Source: Bacteroidota bacterium
GTDB taxonomy: Bacteria > Bacteroidota > Bacteroidia > 2-12-FULL-35-15
Direction of reading: 5' to 3'
DNA: 56,591 nt
NCBI GenBank assembly: GCA_025363555.1
Contig: JANYDQ010000372.1
Span: 1 to 56,591 of the forward strand
Part shown: in pieces, positions 9,303 through 18,017 of the stretch
Layout: each line of letters starts with the position of its first letter
Position numbering within the stretch: position 1 is the first letter of the stretch
Notes under the pieces: generated by a model
What the model was told of the DNA's origin: nothing
The model's input: only the letters and a program-made list of their open reading frames with translations
Database searches by the model: none
Program-made: the position numbers and the translations under genes

Positions 9303-9310
9303 CAAAGATA
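9303..9310 (-). promoter_or_regulatory. -7 promoter element TATCTTTG
   Basis: Exact TAnnTTTG 6 nt upstream of ATG 9296. Confidence 0.6.
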
Positions 9311-9329
9311 AAAACAAAATGCAATTGAA

Positions 9330-11585
9330 TTATCTTTTTATAATCTTTATCTCTACCCTCCTGTTTTGTTGATGCTGGGCTTCATCACATTTTACATGGT
9401 CGGCACATTTGTTTACCAAATCAATCTCTCCTCTGCCTTTGGTAATGGTTTTTGTTTTATCAAATCCTCCTTTTACAATATAGTTTTTTACAGCCACAGC
9501 ACGTTTTACTGAAATAAGCTGGTTATTCTTTTTAGTACCCTTCGAATCGGTATGACCAACTATTATAAGAGTTAAATCTGGAAAAGCAGTTAACACTGTT
9601 TTAATGTTATCCAGTTTTGTTATTGCTTCTGCTTTCAGTTCGGTATGGTTAAAATCGAAATAAACCGGTTGAATATCCAACCCTAATTTTGCGGTTTGTT
9701 CTTTCGTTAATTCTCCATGAATATCTTTTAACTCATTGGAGTAATAGTTTGCAATACCGGGTTTCAATGCTTCTGCGTTTGTTCCGCCTTTTTTCAAAGG
9801 TGATTCTTTTAAAACTGATTCTTTTGCAGCTTCAGACTTTTCTGCTGCTGCTTTTTCTTTTTCTGCCTTTGTTGTTTTAGTTTTTGCACCACCCGTTTTC
9901 AAATCTATTTTATTTAAACTTTCCGCTTCGGCAATGTGTGCATCTATATTTCTTTCATCGTTTACATTCAAATTAGAAGTAACATCCGTACTTATGCTTT
10001 CGACCGTTTGCACCGAAACATTTTTTTCCGAACAGGCAATATAGGGATTGAGACAAGTATCGCACCAAGCCATTAGCTTTGCTTTCACCTTATAATTCCC
10101 GATTGCCTTAAAGTCGTATTCTATGTTTTTTGAATCTTCCGAAATAATAGAATCATTCACCAGCCAGTTAAACGAAATAACTTTGTCTTTCATATTGCCG
10201 GGAATCTGTGCAGATAATATAAATTTATTTCTTTCGCCTGGCTTAGAAGATGCATCAATGTTTAAGGTTGTTGCTTCCGGGCTGTTACAATCCAATAAAT
10301 ATTTATCCATAAAATTAATTTTATAAATATCATAATCACCAAGTCCTCCTGCACGGGAAGAAGAAAAATATCCTGCATTTCCTGCTGCATTAATAATAAA
10401 GAAAATATCATTGGCACTGCTGTTAATAGGTAATCCTAAGTTTTCGGGAGTACTCCATTTGCCGTTTTCATATACGGTTTTAAAAATATCGAACCCTCCG
10501 TACCCCACATGCCCTTTGGAAGAAAAGTAAAGTGTTTTGCCATCATCGGCAATAAAAGGAGATTCTTCGTCAAATTCTGTATTAATTACTTTACCAAGGT
10601 TTTCGCGCACTCCCCAACTTCCGTCCTGTTTTTTAACCGATTTATAAATATCATTCCCCCCGTTGCCAATTGCTGATTCGCTGGTAAAATAAAGTGTTTG
10701 TCCGTCTTTACTCAAACTGGCATGATTCTGATAATAATCAAAATTAATTATTTTATCCAGTTTTTTAGGGTGCTCCAATGAAGCAGTTAAATCTCCCTGG
10801 TATATTTTTCCGTTTTTATACAGAAACATTTCTTTTCCATCGGGCAACATAGATATAACCGATTCGTCACTGCTGCTTAGTTTAGAAATTAATGACGATT
10901 TAGGAATGGTAAACAATTTTGGCGCAGTAGTGCGTCCGTTATGCATATGGGCAATATACATGGCTTCAAAATATTGTCCGTTATACAAATTAAATTTTTC
11001 TTTTTCATCGTCTTTTCTTTTCGATGTAAAAATCATCTGGTTGTTTCCCGTAAGCACAGGCACATATTCGGGCATATCTGTATTAATAGTATTCCCCGCA
11101 TTTACCACATACCATTTGGTGGCGGAAACGGTTTGGTTATTCTCTTTAGCATAATTACAATCGGCAATGTTTTGGGTCAGCTTTTTTTCAAACATTTTAT
11201 CATCTATATCTTCATATCGTTTCAGTTTTTGAAAATAATAAATGGCTGAATCGTATTTTCCCAGATACTGAAAGTTTCTTCCCAGTGCAAACATCAGGGC
11301 GGGTGCGGTATCTTTTTTAGGATTTAATTTCAATGCCTTTTCAAGATAAGGAAGACTATTATCATAGTTTTCAATATAGTCAGTAAGCAATATTGCCATC
11401 CCCAAATTAGCGTTGTAATTATCAGGTCTGTGAGATAATGCTTTTAAATAATAGGTTTTTGCTTTATTATAATCTGCTGTATATATAGCATTATCGGCAA
11501 GGTACATATCTCTTTTAAACTGAGAAAAACTATAATTAGCCTGGAGTAAAAAAAGGAGGAATACTATTTTGTAAGAATGTTTCAT
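9330..11585 (-). CDS. OmpA-family protein with TPR and PD40 beta-propeller repeats (PorE-like architecture)
   Basis: Signal peptide, TPR helices, PD40 repeats (DGQTLYFTS, DGKTLYFSS), C-terminal OmpA domain (VYFDFN, GHTD, NRRVEI). Confidence 0.9.
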   Translation of the reverse strand: MKHSYKIVFLLFLLQANYSFSQFKRDMYLADNAIYTADYNKAKTYYLKALSHRPDNYNANLGMAILLTDYIENYDNSLPYLEKALKLNPKKDTAPALMFALGRNFQYLGKYDSAIYYFQKLKRYEDIDDKMFEKKLTQNIADCNYAKENNQTVSATKWYVVNAGNTINTDMPEYVPVLTGNNQMIFTSKRKDDEKEKFNLYNGQYFEAMYIAHMHNGRTTAPKLFTIPKSSLISKLSSSDESVISMLPDGKEMFLYKNGKIYQGDLTASLEHPKKLDKIINFDYYQNHASLSKDGQTLYFTSESAIGNGGNDIYKSVKKQDGSWGVRENLGKVINTEFDEESPFIADDGKTLYFSSKGHVGYGGFDIFKTVYENGKWSTPENLGLPINSSANDIFFIINAAGNAGYFSSSRAGGLGDYDIYKINFMDKYLLDCNSPEATTLNIDASSKPGERNKFILSAQIPGNMKDKVISFNWLVNDSIISEDSKNIEYDFKAIGNYKVKAKLMAWCDTCLNPYIACSEKNVSVQTVESISTDVTSNLNVNDERNIDAHIAEAESLNKIDLKTGGAKTKTTKAEKEKAAAEKSEAAKESVLKESPLKKGGTNAEALKPGIANYYSNELKDIHGELTKEQTAKLGLDIQPVYFDFNHTELKAEAITKLDNIKTVLTAFPDLTLIIVGHTDSKGTKKNNQLISVKRAVAVKNYIVKGGFDKTKTITKGRGEIDLVNKCADHVKCDEAQHQQNRRVEIKIIKR

Positions 11586-11696
11586 CTATATAATTATAGT
11601 GCAATGTACGAACAATTTTACTACATGCAAAATTTTATTATCAACCAATTACTTTTCTAAACTGCTTGTAATTACGTTTATACCACAATTAATTGC

Positions 11697-11953
11697 ATGG
11701 CGGATAGTAACAACTACATGACGGATAGTAACAACTACATGGCGGATAGTAACAACTACATGGTGGATAGTAACAACTACATGGTGGATAGTAACAACTA
11801 CATGGTGGATAGTAACAACTACATGACGGATAGTAACAACTACATGGTGGATAGTAACAACTACATGACGGATAGTAACAACTACATGACGGATAGTAAC
11901 AACTACATGGCGGATAGTAACAACTACATGGCGGATAGTAACAACTACATGGC
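11697..11953. repeat. Tandem array of 12 x 21-bp units atg(gc/ac/gt)ggatagtaacaactac plus a partial unit
   Basis: Units start at 11697 every 21 bp and vary only at unit positions 4-5. Confidence 0.98.
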
Positions 11954-12049
11954 AAATATTTGTTTTTTTGCGCGAAACACTTAACCTTACATAGTGAATT
12001 AAATGGATATTACACCTTCTATTTAAGGGAGTTATGGAATAAGCGGTCT

Positions 12050-12409
12050 TTATTTGCAATTCTTCACTATTAACTCACCTGCTTCCTCCTGCCCGAGTTC
12101 TTTTGCTTTAAACCAATCATCACATGCTTGTTTGGTCAGCCCCAAATCAAAATTAGAATTGCCCCTGTTAAAAAAGGCTTTGGCAAATTTGGTGTTTATT
12201 TTTATTGCTTTATCATAATATTCAATGGATATATTCAATTGCCCGAGCATATAATAAGAGTTCCCAATTTTAATAAGGCTATCGAGCTTCTGTTGAGTTT
12301 TACTATCCATGTTAACAAAGTAATTTCCTTTTTTTTCCGACTGGCACATAGCAGAAAGAGAAAGGAATAAGATGAAAAATAAAAACAGGAAATGTTTTAG
12401 TGGCTTCAT
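12050..12409 (-). CDS. Small secreted TPR protein
   Basis: Signal peptide, TPR motifs (YYDKAIKIN, AFFNRG) and ACDDWFKAKELG terminal motif. Confidence 0.8.
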   Translation of the reverse strand: MKPLKHFLFLFFILFLSLSAMCQSEKKGNYFVNMDSKTQQKLDSLIKIGNSYYMLGQLNISIEYYDKAIKINTKFAKAFFNRGNSNFDLGLTKQACDDWFKAKELGQEEAGELIVKNCK

Positions 12410-12506
12410 GGATGCAGGTAGAAAATATTTAATTCAAATTACATGTAGAATTCAGCATTAAAATTTATGTGTCCTTTTTTTCCGTAAATTAAAAGAAGCA
12501 TGGGGA

Positions 12507-13970
12507 TTATTTCTTCCATTTAATATAGTGATGATATTCCGGAATAATGTTTAAAACATACACCGAAACAGCATACACCAAAGTAATAACCGATGATTTA
12601 ATAAGGATAGAAACAATTGCATTTGAAAAAGAAGGAATACTAAAAGCCACAGCAAAAGAAAGAACAATAACCATCATTATTTTTAAGCTCGACTGATTAT
12701 AGGGCTGCATATTGAAATTTTTAAGAATGATAAAATACTTTAATGCATTATATATAATGGACGAGATAACAGTAGCCAAAGCTGCTCCGATTATTCCGTA
12801 AAGCGGAATTAAAATGATATTTAACAGAATAGCCGTAATCAGTAACATAAATAATAAATAGGTTCCGTAAATATATTTTTCAGAAGAAAAAAGAATGGAA
12901 GTGTTCACTCCTGTTGACACATTTAGAAACGCGCCAATACAAGCAATAACGGCTACCATGGCTCCCTGGTGGTAGGGTTCGGGAAGGAGAGATAATAACT
13001 CATTTACATTGGCAGTGATACCCACTAACAGAATCCCGCCTATCAACATTAAATATTTTACAGATTGTGAATATATTTTTCTGATGCTCTCTGTGTCTTT
13101 ATTTACCCATGCCTGGGCTATTTTAGGATTGGTTATCCTTTCCAGAGACGAAAGCGGAATTTCTATTACCAAACCAATAAAAGAGGCAAGTGCAAATATC
13201 CCGACATAATCCAGGTTCATGTATTTTCCAATCATTATGGAATCAAGGTGCTTTAATCCGATGGAAGAAAAATTAGTAAGCGTTAACAATAAACCAAAAC
13301 CAACCAGTTTATTTACACCAACAGATTTCAAAAACTGGGTATCAATTCTTAAAGAGGGCTTATCAATAGTGTTGATATAGATAACCATGGCTATTACCTG
13401 CAATAAATAAATACAGACATATAAATACATCAATTGTGTTAAATCAATCCAACCAAAATAATAGAAAACAATAATGATGATAAATAATATCCTGGACACA
13501 ATGCCTTCAAAAAAGCTGATAACAGAGGTTTTAAATAGCGAAGAACAATACGCATTAAGCGTCATATTGACTCCTATAATGAAAGCAAACGGCAAAACCA
13601 AATGGAAATAGTGAGTAAATAAATAAGACTGATGGATGTATTGTTGTATAATTAAATTCTTAAAAGCATACATCAATATGCCACAGACAACTAATCCTGT
13701 CAAAGGAAAAAGAAGCATAAAGCCAAAATAACCGTGGTGCTTTTTTTCTGCATTTCTGAAGTAAGGAAAGAATTTGGTGGTAACACTGCTCACTCCTAAA
13801 GGTAAGATAGTAGCGATTAAACTGGCAGCGGCAATCAGTATTTTTGTTAATCCGAGTTCTTCAGGTTTTAGTAAATTGGGTTGAATAAATAATAAGCTTA
13901 CAAAGCCAATAACCACCCCTAAATAGGTAATGATGGTATTCCTGATGCTTTGTTTTTTTATTGTACTCAA
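12507..13970 (-). CDS. Oligosaccharide flippase (Wzx/MOP family)
   Basis: About 12-14 TM segments, DSIMIG..VGIF, LNIILIPLYGIIGAALAT. Confidence 0.88.
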   Translation of the reverse strand: MSTIKKQSIRNTIITYLGVVIGFVSLLFIQPNLLKPEELGLTKILIAAASLIATILPLGVSSVTTKFFPYFRNAEKKHHGYFGFMLLFPLTGLVVCGILMYAFKNLIIQQYIHQSYLFTHYFHLVLPFAFIIGVNMTLNAYCSSLFKTSVISFFEGIVSRILFIIIIVFYYFGWIDLTQLMYLYVCIYLLQVIAMVIYINTIDKPSLRIDTQFLKSVGVNKLVGFGLLLTLTNFSSIGLKHLDSIMIGKYMNLDYVGIFALASFIGLVIEIPLSSLERITNPKIAQAWVNKDTESIRKIYSQSVKYLMLIGGILLVGITANVNELLSLLPEPYHQGAMVAVIACIGAFLNVSTGVNTSILFSSEKYIYGTYLLFMLLITAILLNIILIPLYGIIGAALATVISSIIYNALKYFIILKNFNMQPYNQSSLKIMMVIVLSFAVAFSIPSFSNAIVSILIKSSVITLVYAVSVYVLNIIPEYHHYIKWKK

Positions 13971-13991
13971 TTTAATAATTCTTAACTCGCA

Positions 13992-14744
13992 TTAAGTCAT
14001 CGACTTTTTTGTTGCTCTATGAAAAACATAACGGAATAAAATATAAATATGATTCCAGAGTGTCTGAAAAAAGCCATAGTGCTTCGACATAATTCTGAAA
14101 CGTTCCATCCATGCAGTAAGTTTGTTTCGTTGAGACATTCCGCCTTCCAGGAATTTAGATATATAAATATTTGTATTCACTGTTTTGTCCGATTGCTTCA
14201 GCACATTAATCACCCAATCAATGTCGGCAGCTATGGCATAGTTTAAATTATAATAATCGCAAAGCAACCTTCTGGCAATAAACGATTGATGGGAAACACA
14301 CATGCCATATTTCAAACTTTTCCAGTCGAGATGTGCAGGCGGAGAGAGCCTTCTGTCGCCCAGAATAATTCCCTGTTGATTTACCACCGCTGAATTTCCA
14401 TAATATACATCCGCATTGGGTAACGATGTAAAAACAGTTGTTAGTGTATCCCTGTCATACAATTCATCTCCGGCATTCAGAAACAAAACATAATCGCCTG
14501 TTGCATCTTTTAACCCTTTATTCATGGCATCATATATACCATTATCTTTTCCTGACAGGATAAGTGCTATCTGCGATTGATACTTTTCAGCAAGTTCCAG
14601 CGTTCCGTCATCCGAACCACCGTCAATAATAATGAATTCAATATTAGTATAGGATTGAGAAATTACGCTTTTTATTGTTTGTTCAATAAACGATTTAGCG
14701 TTATAAACTACCGTAACAATGCTTATTTTGGGATTAAACCGCAT
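13992..14744 (-). CDS. GT2 glycosyltransferase (WcaE-like)
   Basis: ISIVTVVYN, IDGGSDDGT, DNGIYDAMNKG, FLNAGD, HQS motifs. Confidence 0.92.
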   Translation of the reverse strand: MRFNPKISIVTVVYNAKSFIEQTIKSVISQSYTNIEFIIIDGGSDDGTLELAEKYQSQIALILSGKDNGIYDAMNKGLKDATGDYVLFLNAGDELYDRDTLTTVFTSLPNADVYYGNSAVVNQQGIILGDRRLSPPAHLDWKSLKYGMCVSHQSFIARRLLCDYYNLNYAIAADIDWVINVLKQSDKTVNTNIYISKFLEGGMSQRNKLTAWMERFRIMSKHYGFFQTLWNHIYILFRYVFHRATKKSMT

Positions 14745-15472
14745 TAGTTTCTAAAGAAAATGCCATTACACTGCAACACAATTCCTGTTTTGTTATCTGT
14801 AAAAGCAGGGACAATGCTGGTCAGCTGAAACCCTTTTTGCTGCATATAATCCAATACCTGCGGCAATAGCCAGTCCTGGCGTTCGTATAACGGAACCAAC
14901 GAAATTTCTATCTCTACCCCTTTTACTTTATCAATCATGCTTCGTGCACCTATCAGTACTTCCTGCTCAAATCCCTGGACATCTATTTTCAGAAAAATGT
15001 TTTTCGCATTTCCACAATACTCCTCCCCTATTTCATCCAGGGGATACACATGCACCATCTCTTTACCAATAATTTTTGATTCGGGTGCGCCCTCAATATG
15101 CGAATCCAGCATATTTAAAAGCGTACTGCTTACTGAATTTGCAGAAATATTAATTTCTATTTCTTTGTTTTTACTTCCTATGGCACACCGTGGAGCAACG
15201 GTCCAGTTCGAATGTTTGCTGCTTTCGGTTTCAATAACAGAATGCACAGAAGACAGGGGCTCGAAAGAAACAATTTTATTTCTGTAACCAGCATCCATTA
15301 TGCCCAGTGCGTATTGTCCTTTGTTGGCTCCAATATCAAAAACCAAATCAATTTCATAATGCTCCAGAAGTTTAATACGTCTCAATTCCTCGCTGGTAGC
15401 TGGGTTGTATTTGCGGATAAGTATTCCAAATCTTTGGAATATTTTTTTTGTTATGCGTTCAAAACTATTCAT
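14744..15472 (-). CDS. FkbM family methyltransferase
   Basis: FDIGANKGQY, SFEP, LKIDVQGFE motifs. Confidence 0.92.
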   Translation of the reverse strand: MNSFERITKKIFQRFGILIRKYNPATSEELRRIKLLEHYEIDLVFDIGANKGQYALGIMDAGYRNKIVSFEPLSSVHSVIETESSKHSNWTVAPRCAIGSKNKEIEINISANSVSSTLLNMLDSHIEGAPESKIIGKEMVHVYPLDEIGEEYCGNAKNIFLKIDVQGFEQEVLIGARSMIDKVKGVEIEISLVPLYERQDWLLPQVLDYMQQKGFQLTSIVPAFTDNKTGIVLQCNGIFFRN

Positions 15473-15582
15473 AAAAGCAGGCGGTTGATTTTAGTTTACA
15501 ATATTAAGAATTTTGTCTCTACAATATCAAATAAAATGTTTGCCAGCTAATCACATGGCATTTAAAACCCCATTATTTTATT

Positions 15583-15590
15583 TACATTTG
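15583..15590 (+). promoter_or_regulatory. -7 promoter element TACATTTG
   Basis: Exact TAnnTTTG 7 nt upstream of ATG 15598. Confidence 0.6.
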
Positions 15591-15597
15591 CGAACCA

Positions 15598-16476
15598 ATG
15601 TCGGCAGAAAAAACATATAACGGATTTTCTTCATTTATAAATCAATGCATACAAACAGTTGCATCGGTAATAAAAGTAATTATAAAACGGAAAGGCGGTA
15701 GTGCTTTGCCCCAGGCATGGTCACGCACTTGCATTGTTTTAGGCAATGGTCCATCGTTAAAAACTTCGCTGGACAAACATGCTGATTTTTTTACCCAACA
15801 TCCCTTAGTGTGTGTCAACAGTTTTTCCACTACCAAAGAATATACATTGCTTCAACCTGTTTATTATGTTATTCTTGATCCTGGTTTTTGGCTGAGCAAA
15901 AGCCAGGTGGTAACTGATACTATTGAATGTCTTCAAACCAAAACGACCTGGCCTCTTTATATGTTAGTGCCACATGCTGCAAAACAATCATCCCATTTCA
16001 GGGAGTTGGAAAAACATAATTCGAATATAAAAATAAATTACTTTAATTATACGGTTTATAAAGGGTTTGAAGGGTTAGGTAACTGGTTGTTTAAAAAAAA
16101 TCTTGCTATGCCTCAATCACAAAACGTATTGGTAGCCTCCTTGTTTCTTTCTGTTAATATTGGGTTTAAGGAAATATATGTGTTTGGTGCAGATCATAGC
16201 TGGCACGAAAACTTAATTGTAAACGAAGATAATGTACTTTGTTTTAAAGACTCGCATTTTTATGATGATATAACGCAAAAGCCAACTTATCGACCGTTTT
16301 ATAAAGGTTTACACTTAAAAGAAGTATTCACCATAAGCGAAATATTGATGACCTTCAGCAAAATATTTTATGGTTATGAAGTAATTAATAAATATGCTAA
16401 CCATTGCAACGCCAAAATTTATAACGCAAGTGAAGTTTCATTTGTAGATGCGTTTGAAAGAATAAAAATAAATTAA
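15598..16476 (+). CDS. DUF115/Maf-like (sialyltransferase-like fold) protein
   Basis: CIVLGNGPSL, CVN, GFKEIYVFGADH, IYNAS motifs. Confidence 0.7.
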   Translation: MSAEKTYNGFSSFINQCIQTVASVIKVIIKRKGGSALPQAWSRTCIVLGNGPSLKTSLDKHADFFTQHPLVCVNSFSTTKEYTLLQPVYYVILDPGFWLSKSQVVTDTIECLQTKTTWPLYMLVPHAAKQSSHFRELEKHNSNIKINYFNYTVYKGFEGLGNWLFKKNLAMPQSQNVLVASLFLSVNIGFKEIYVFGADHSWHENLIVNEDNVLCFKDSHFYDDITQKPTYRPFYKGLHLKEVFTISEILMTFSKIFYGYEVINKYANHCNAKIYNASEVSFVDAFERIKIN

Positions 16477-16478
16477 AA

Positions 16479-17174
16479 ATGAACATGAGAGCGCTATTTT
16501 CTTCTCCTACTGCTTACTGGCTTAAATGGCTTTTTACAAAATGGAAACTCGAGGCAAAATACCGCAAACAACATCTGCACCTGGAATATATGGCTGAAGT
16601 AAAAAACTGTACATTCCATAATTACAATACCGTATACAAGTTTGCCCGCCTTCGTAATTCAGAGTTGGGCGATTTCAGTTATGTAGCCCGCAATTCTCAA
16701 CTATACAATACCAAAGTTGGTAAATTTACCTGCATCGGACCAAACGTGAGTGCCGGCATGGGTGCCCATCCATCAGAAGGGTATGTTTCCACTCACCCGC
16801 TTTTTTATTCCACCCTCGGACAAGCAGGGGGGTTAGTTATTGTAGAGAAAAATTTATTTGATGAATTTCCATCCACCCAAATTGGTAACGATGTATGGAT
16901 TGGAAATAATGCCATTATTAAATACGGAATCAAAATTGGAGATGGTGCCATCATCGGCTCCGGGGCAATGGTTACAAAGGATGTAGAGCCATACAGTATT
17001 GTAGGCGGTGTTCCTGCAAAAATCATTAAGTATCGTTTCACAGAAGAACAAATAGAATTTCTTCAACACTTTAAATGGTGGGACAAAGACCTTGATTGGC
17101 TCAAAAAAAACAAAAACCTGTTTCAAAACATCGGAGAATTCGAAAAAGAATTCTCTAAAAACAAAACCATTTAA
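16479..17174 (+). CDS. CatB/Vat-related hexapeptide-repeat O-acetyltransferase
   Basis: STHP, IGNDVWIG, IGDGAIIG, VTKDVEPYSIVGGVPAKIIKYRF, KWWD. Confidence 0.9.
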   Translation: MNMRALFSSPTAYWLKWLFTKWKLEAKYRKQHLHLEYMAEVKNCTFHNYNTVYKFARLRNSELGDFSYVARNSQLYNTKVGKFTCIGPNVSAGMGAHPSEGYVSTHPLFYSTLGQAGGLVIVEKNLFDEFPSTQIGNDVWIGNNAIIKYGIKIGDGAIIGSGAMVTKDVEPYSIVGGVPAKIIKYRFTEEQIEFLQHFKWWDKDLDWLKKNKNLFQNIGEFEKEFSKNKTI

Positions 17175-17220
17175 AAACCTGTGTGCTTACCCGGCTAAAA
17201 CAGCAGCAAACAATTAAAAC

Positions 17221-17994
17221 ATGCAATATCTTATCATTTGCCTGGTAGCATTTGCCGGTTCGGCACTCACCTTATTCTCCGGGTTTGGTTTGGGCACATT
17301 GCTTGTTCCTGTATTCGGCATTTTTTTTCCTATCGAAATAGCCATCTCACTAACAGCCATTGTTCATTTCTTAAATAATATTTTCAAACTTATTCTGCTT
17401 GGTAAATCGGCTGATAAAAACATCATTTTCAACTTTGGTATTCCATCCGTTATTGCTGCTTTTTTCGGTGCTTATGTTCTTTACCTTCTTTCCGACCTGC
17501 ACACCATGGCTCATTATTCTCTTTTTAATAAAACATTTCTTATTATGCCTATGAAACTAACCATTGGTATTTTATTAATGATATTTGCTTTGTTCGAAAT
17601 CATTCCTCGTTTCAAAAACTGGCAGGTAAGCAGCAGGTATTTAACATTAGGTGGTTTTCTTAGTGGTTTCTTTGGGGGCTTATCGGGCAACCAGGGGGCT
17701 TTGCGAAGTGCTTTTTTAATCAAAGCCAATTTGTCTCCGCAAAGTTTTATTGCTACAGGGGTTGTTATTGCTTGTTTAACCGATATTGCCCGACTATTTG
17801 TTTATTCCAGCACCCATCTTCATTTCATTAATTCTTCCAACGTTTCTCTTGTGGCATCTGCCACTATTTGTGCATTTGCGGGTGCTTTGATAGGAAATCG
17901 TTTATTAAAAAAAATAACCATTACCTCCATTCAATATATTGTTGCTGTAATGCTTTTTGTATTTGCACTGCTTTTAAGCAGTGGTATTATTTAA
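17221..17994 (+). CDS. Sulfite exporter TauE/SafE (TSUP) family membrane protein
   Basis: FSGFGLGTLL and GFFGGLSGNQGALRS motifs, about 8 TMs. Confidence 0.85.
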   Translation: MQYLIICLVAFAGSALTLFSGFGLGTLLVPVFGIFFPIEIAISLTAIVHFLNNIFKLILLGKSADKNIIFNFGIPSVIAAFFGAYVLYLLSDLHTMAHYSLFNKTFLIMPMKLTIGILLMIFALFEIIPRFKNWQVSSRYLTLGGFLSGFFGGLSGNQGALRSAFLIKANLSPQSFIATGVVIACLTDIARLFVYSSTHLHFINSSNVSLVASATICAFAGALIGNRLLKKITITSIQYIVAVMLFVFALLLSSGII

Positions 17995-18017
17995 ACGGAT
18001 GCAGTATTAACAAATGT

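Noticed and set aside
11697-11953. CRISPR array
   Set aside because: Head-to-tail units with no unique spacers and no cas genes. The same applies to the 25512 and 56512 arrays.
11649-12059. Repeat ORFs (HVVVTIR, CSCYYPP, MADSNNY) as real genes
   Set aside because: A stop-free 21-bp unit automatically gives long ORFs in several frames, and there is no independent coding evidence.
16479-17174. Chloramphenicol/streptogramin resistance gene
   Set aside because: CatB/Vat-like fold, but the N-terminal extension and glycan-locus context favour sugar O-acetylation.
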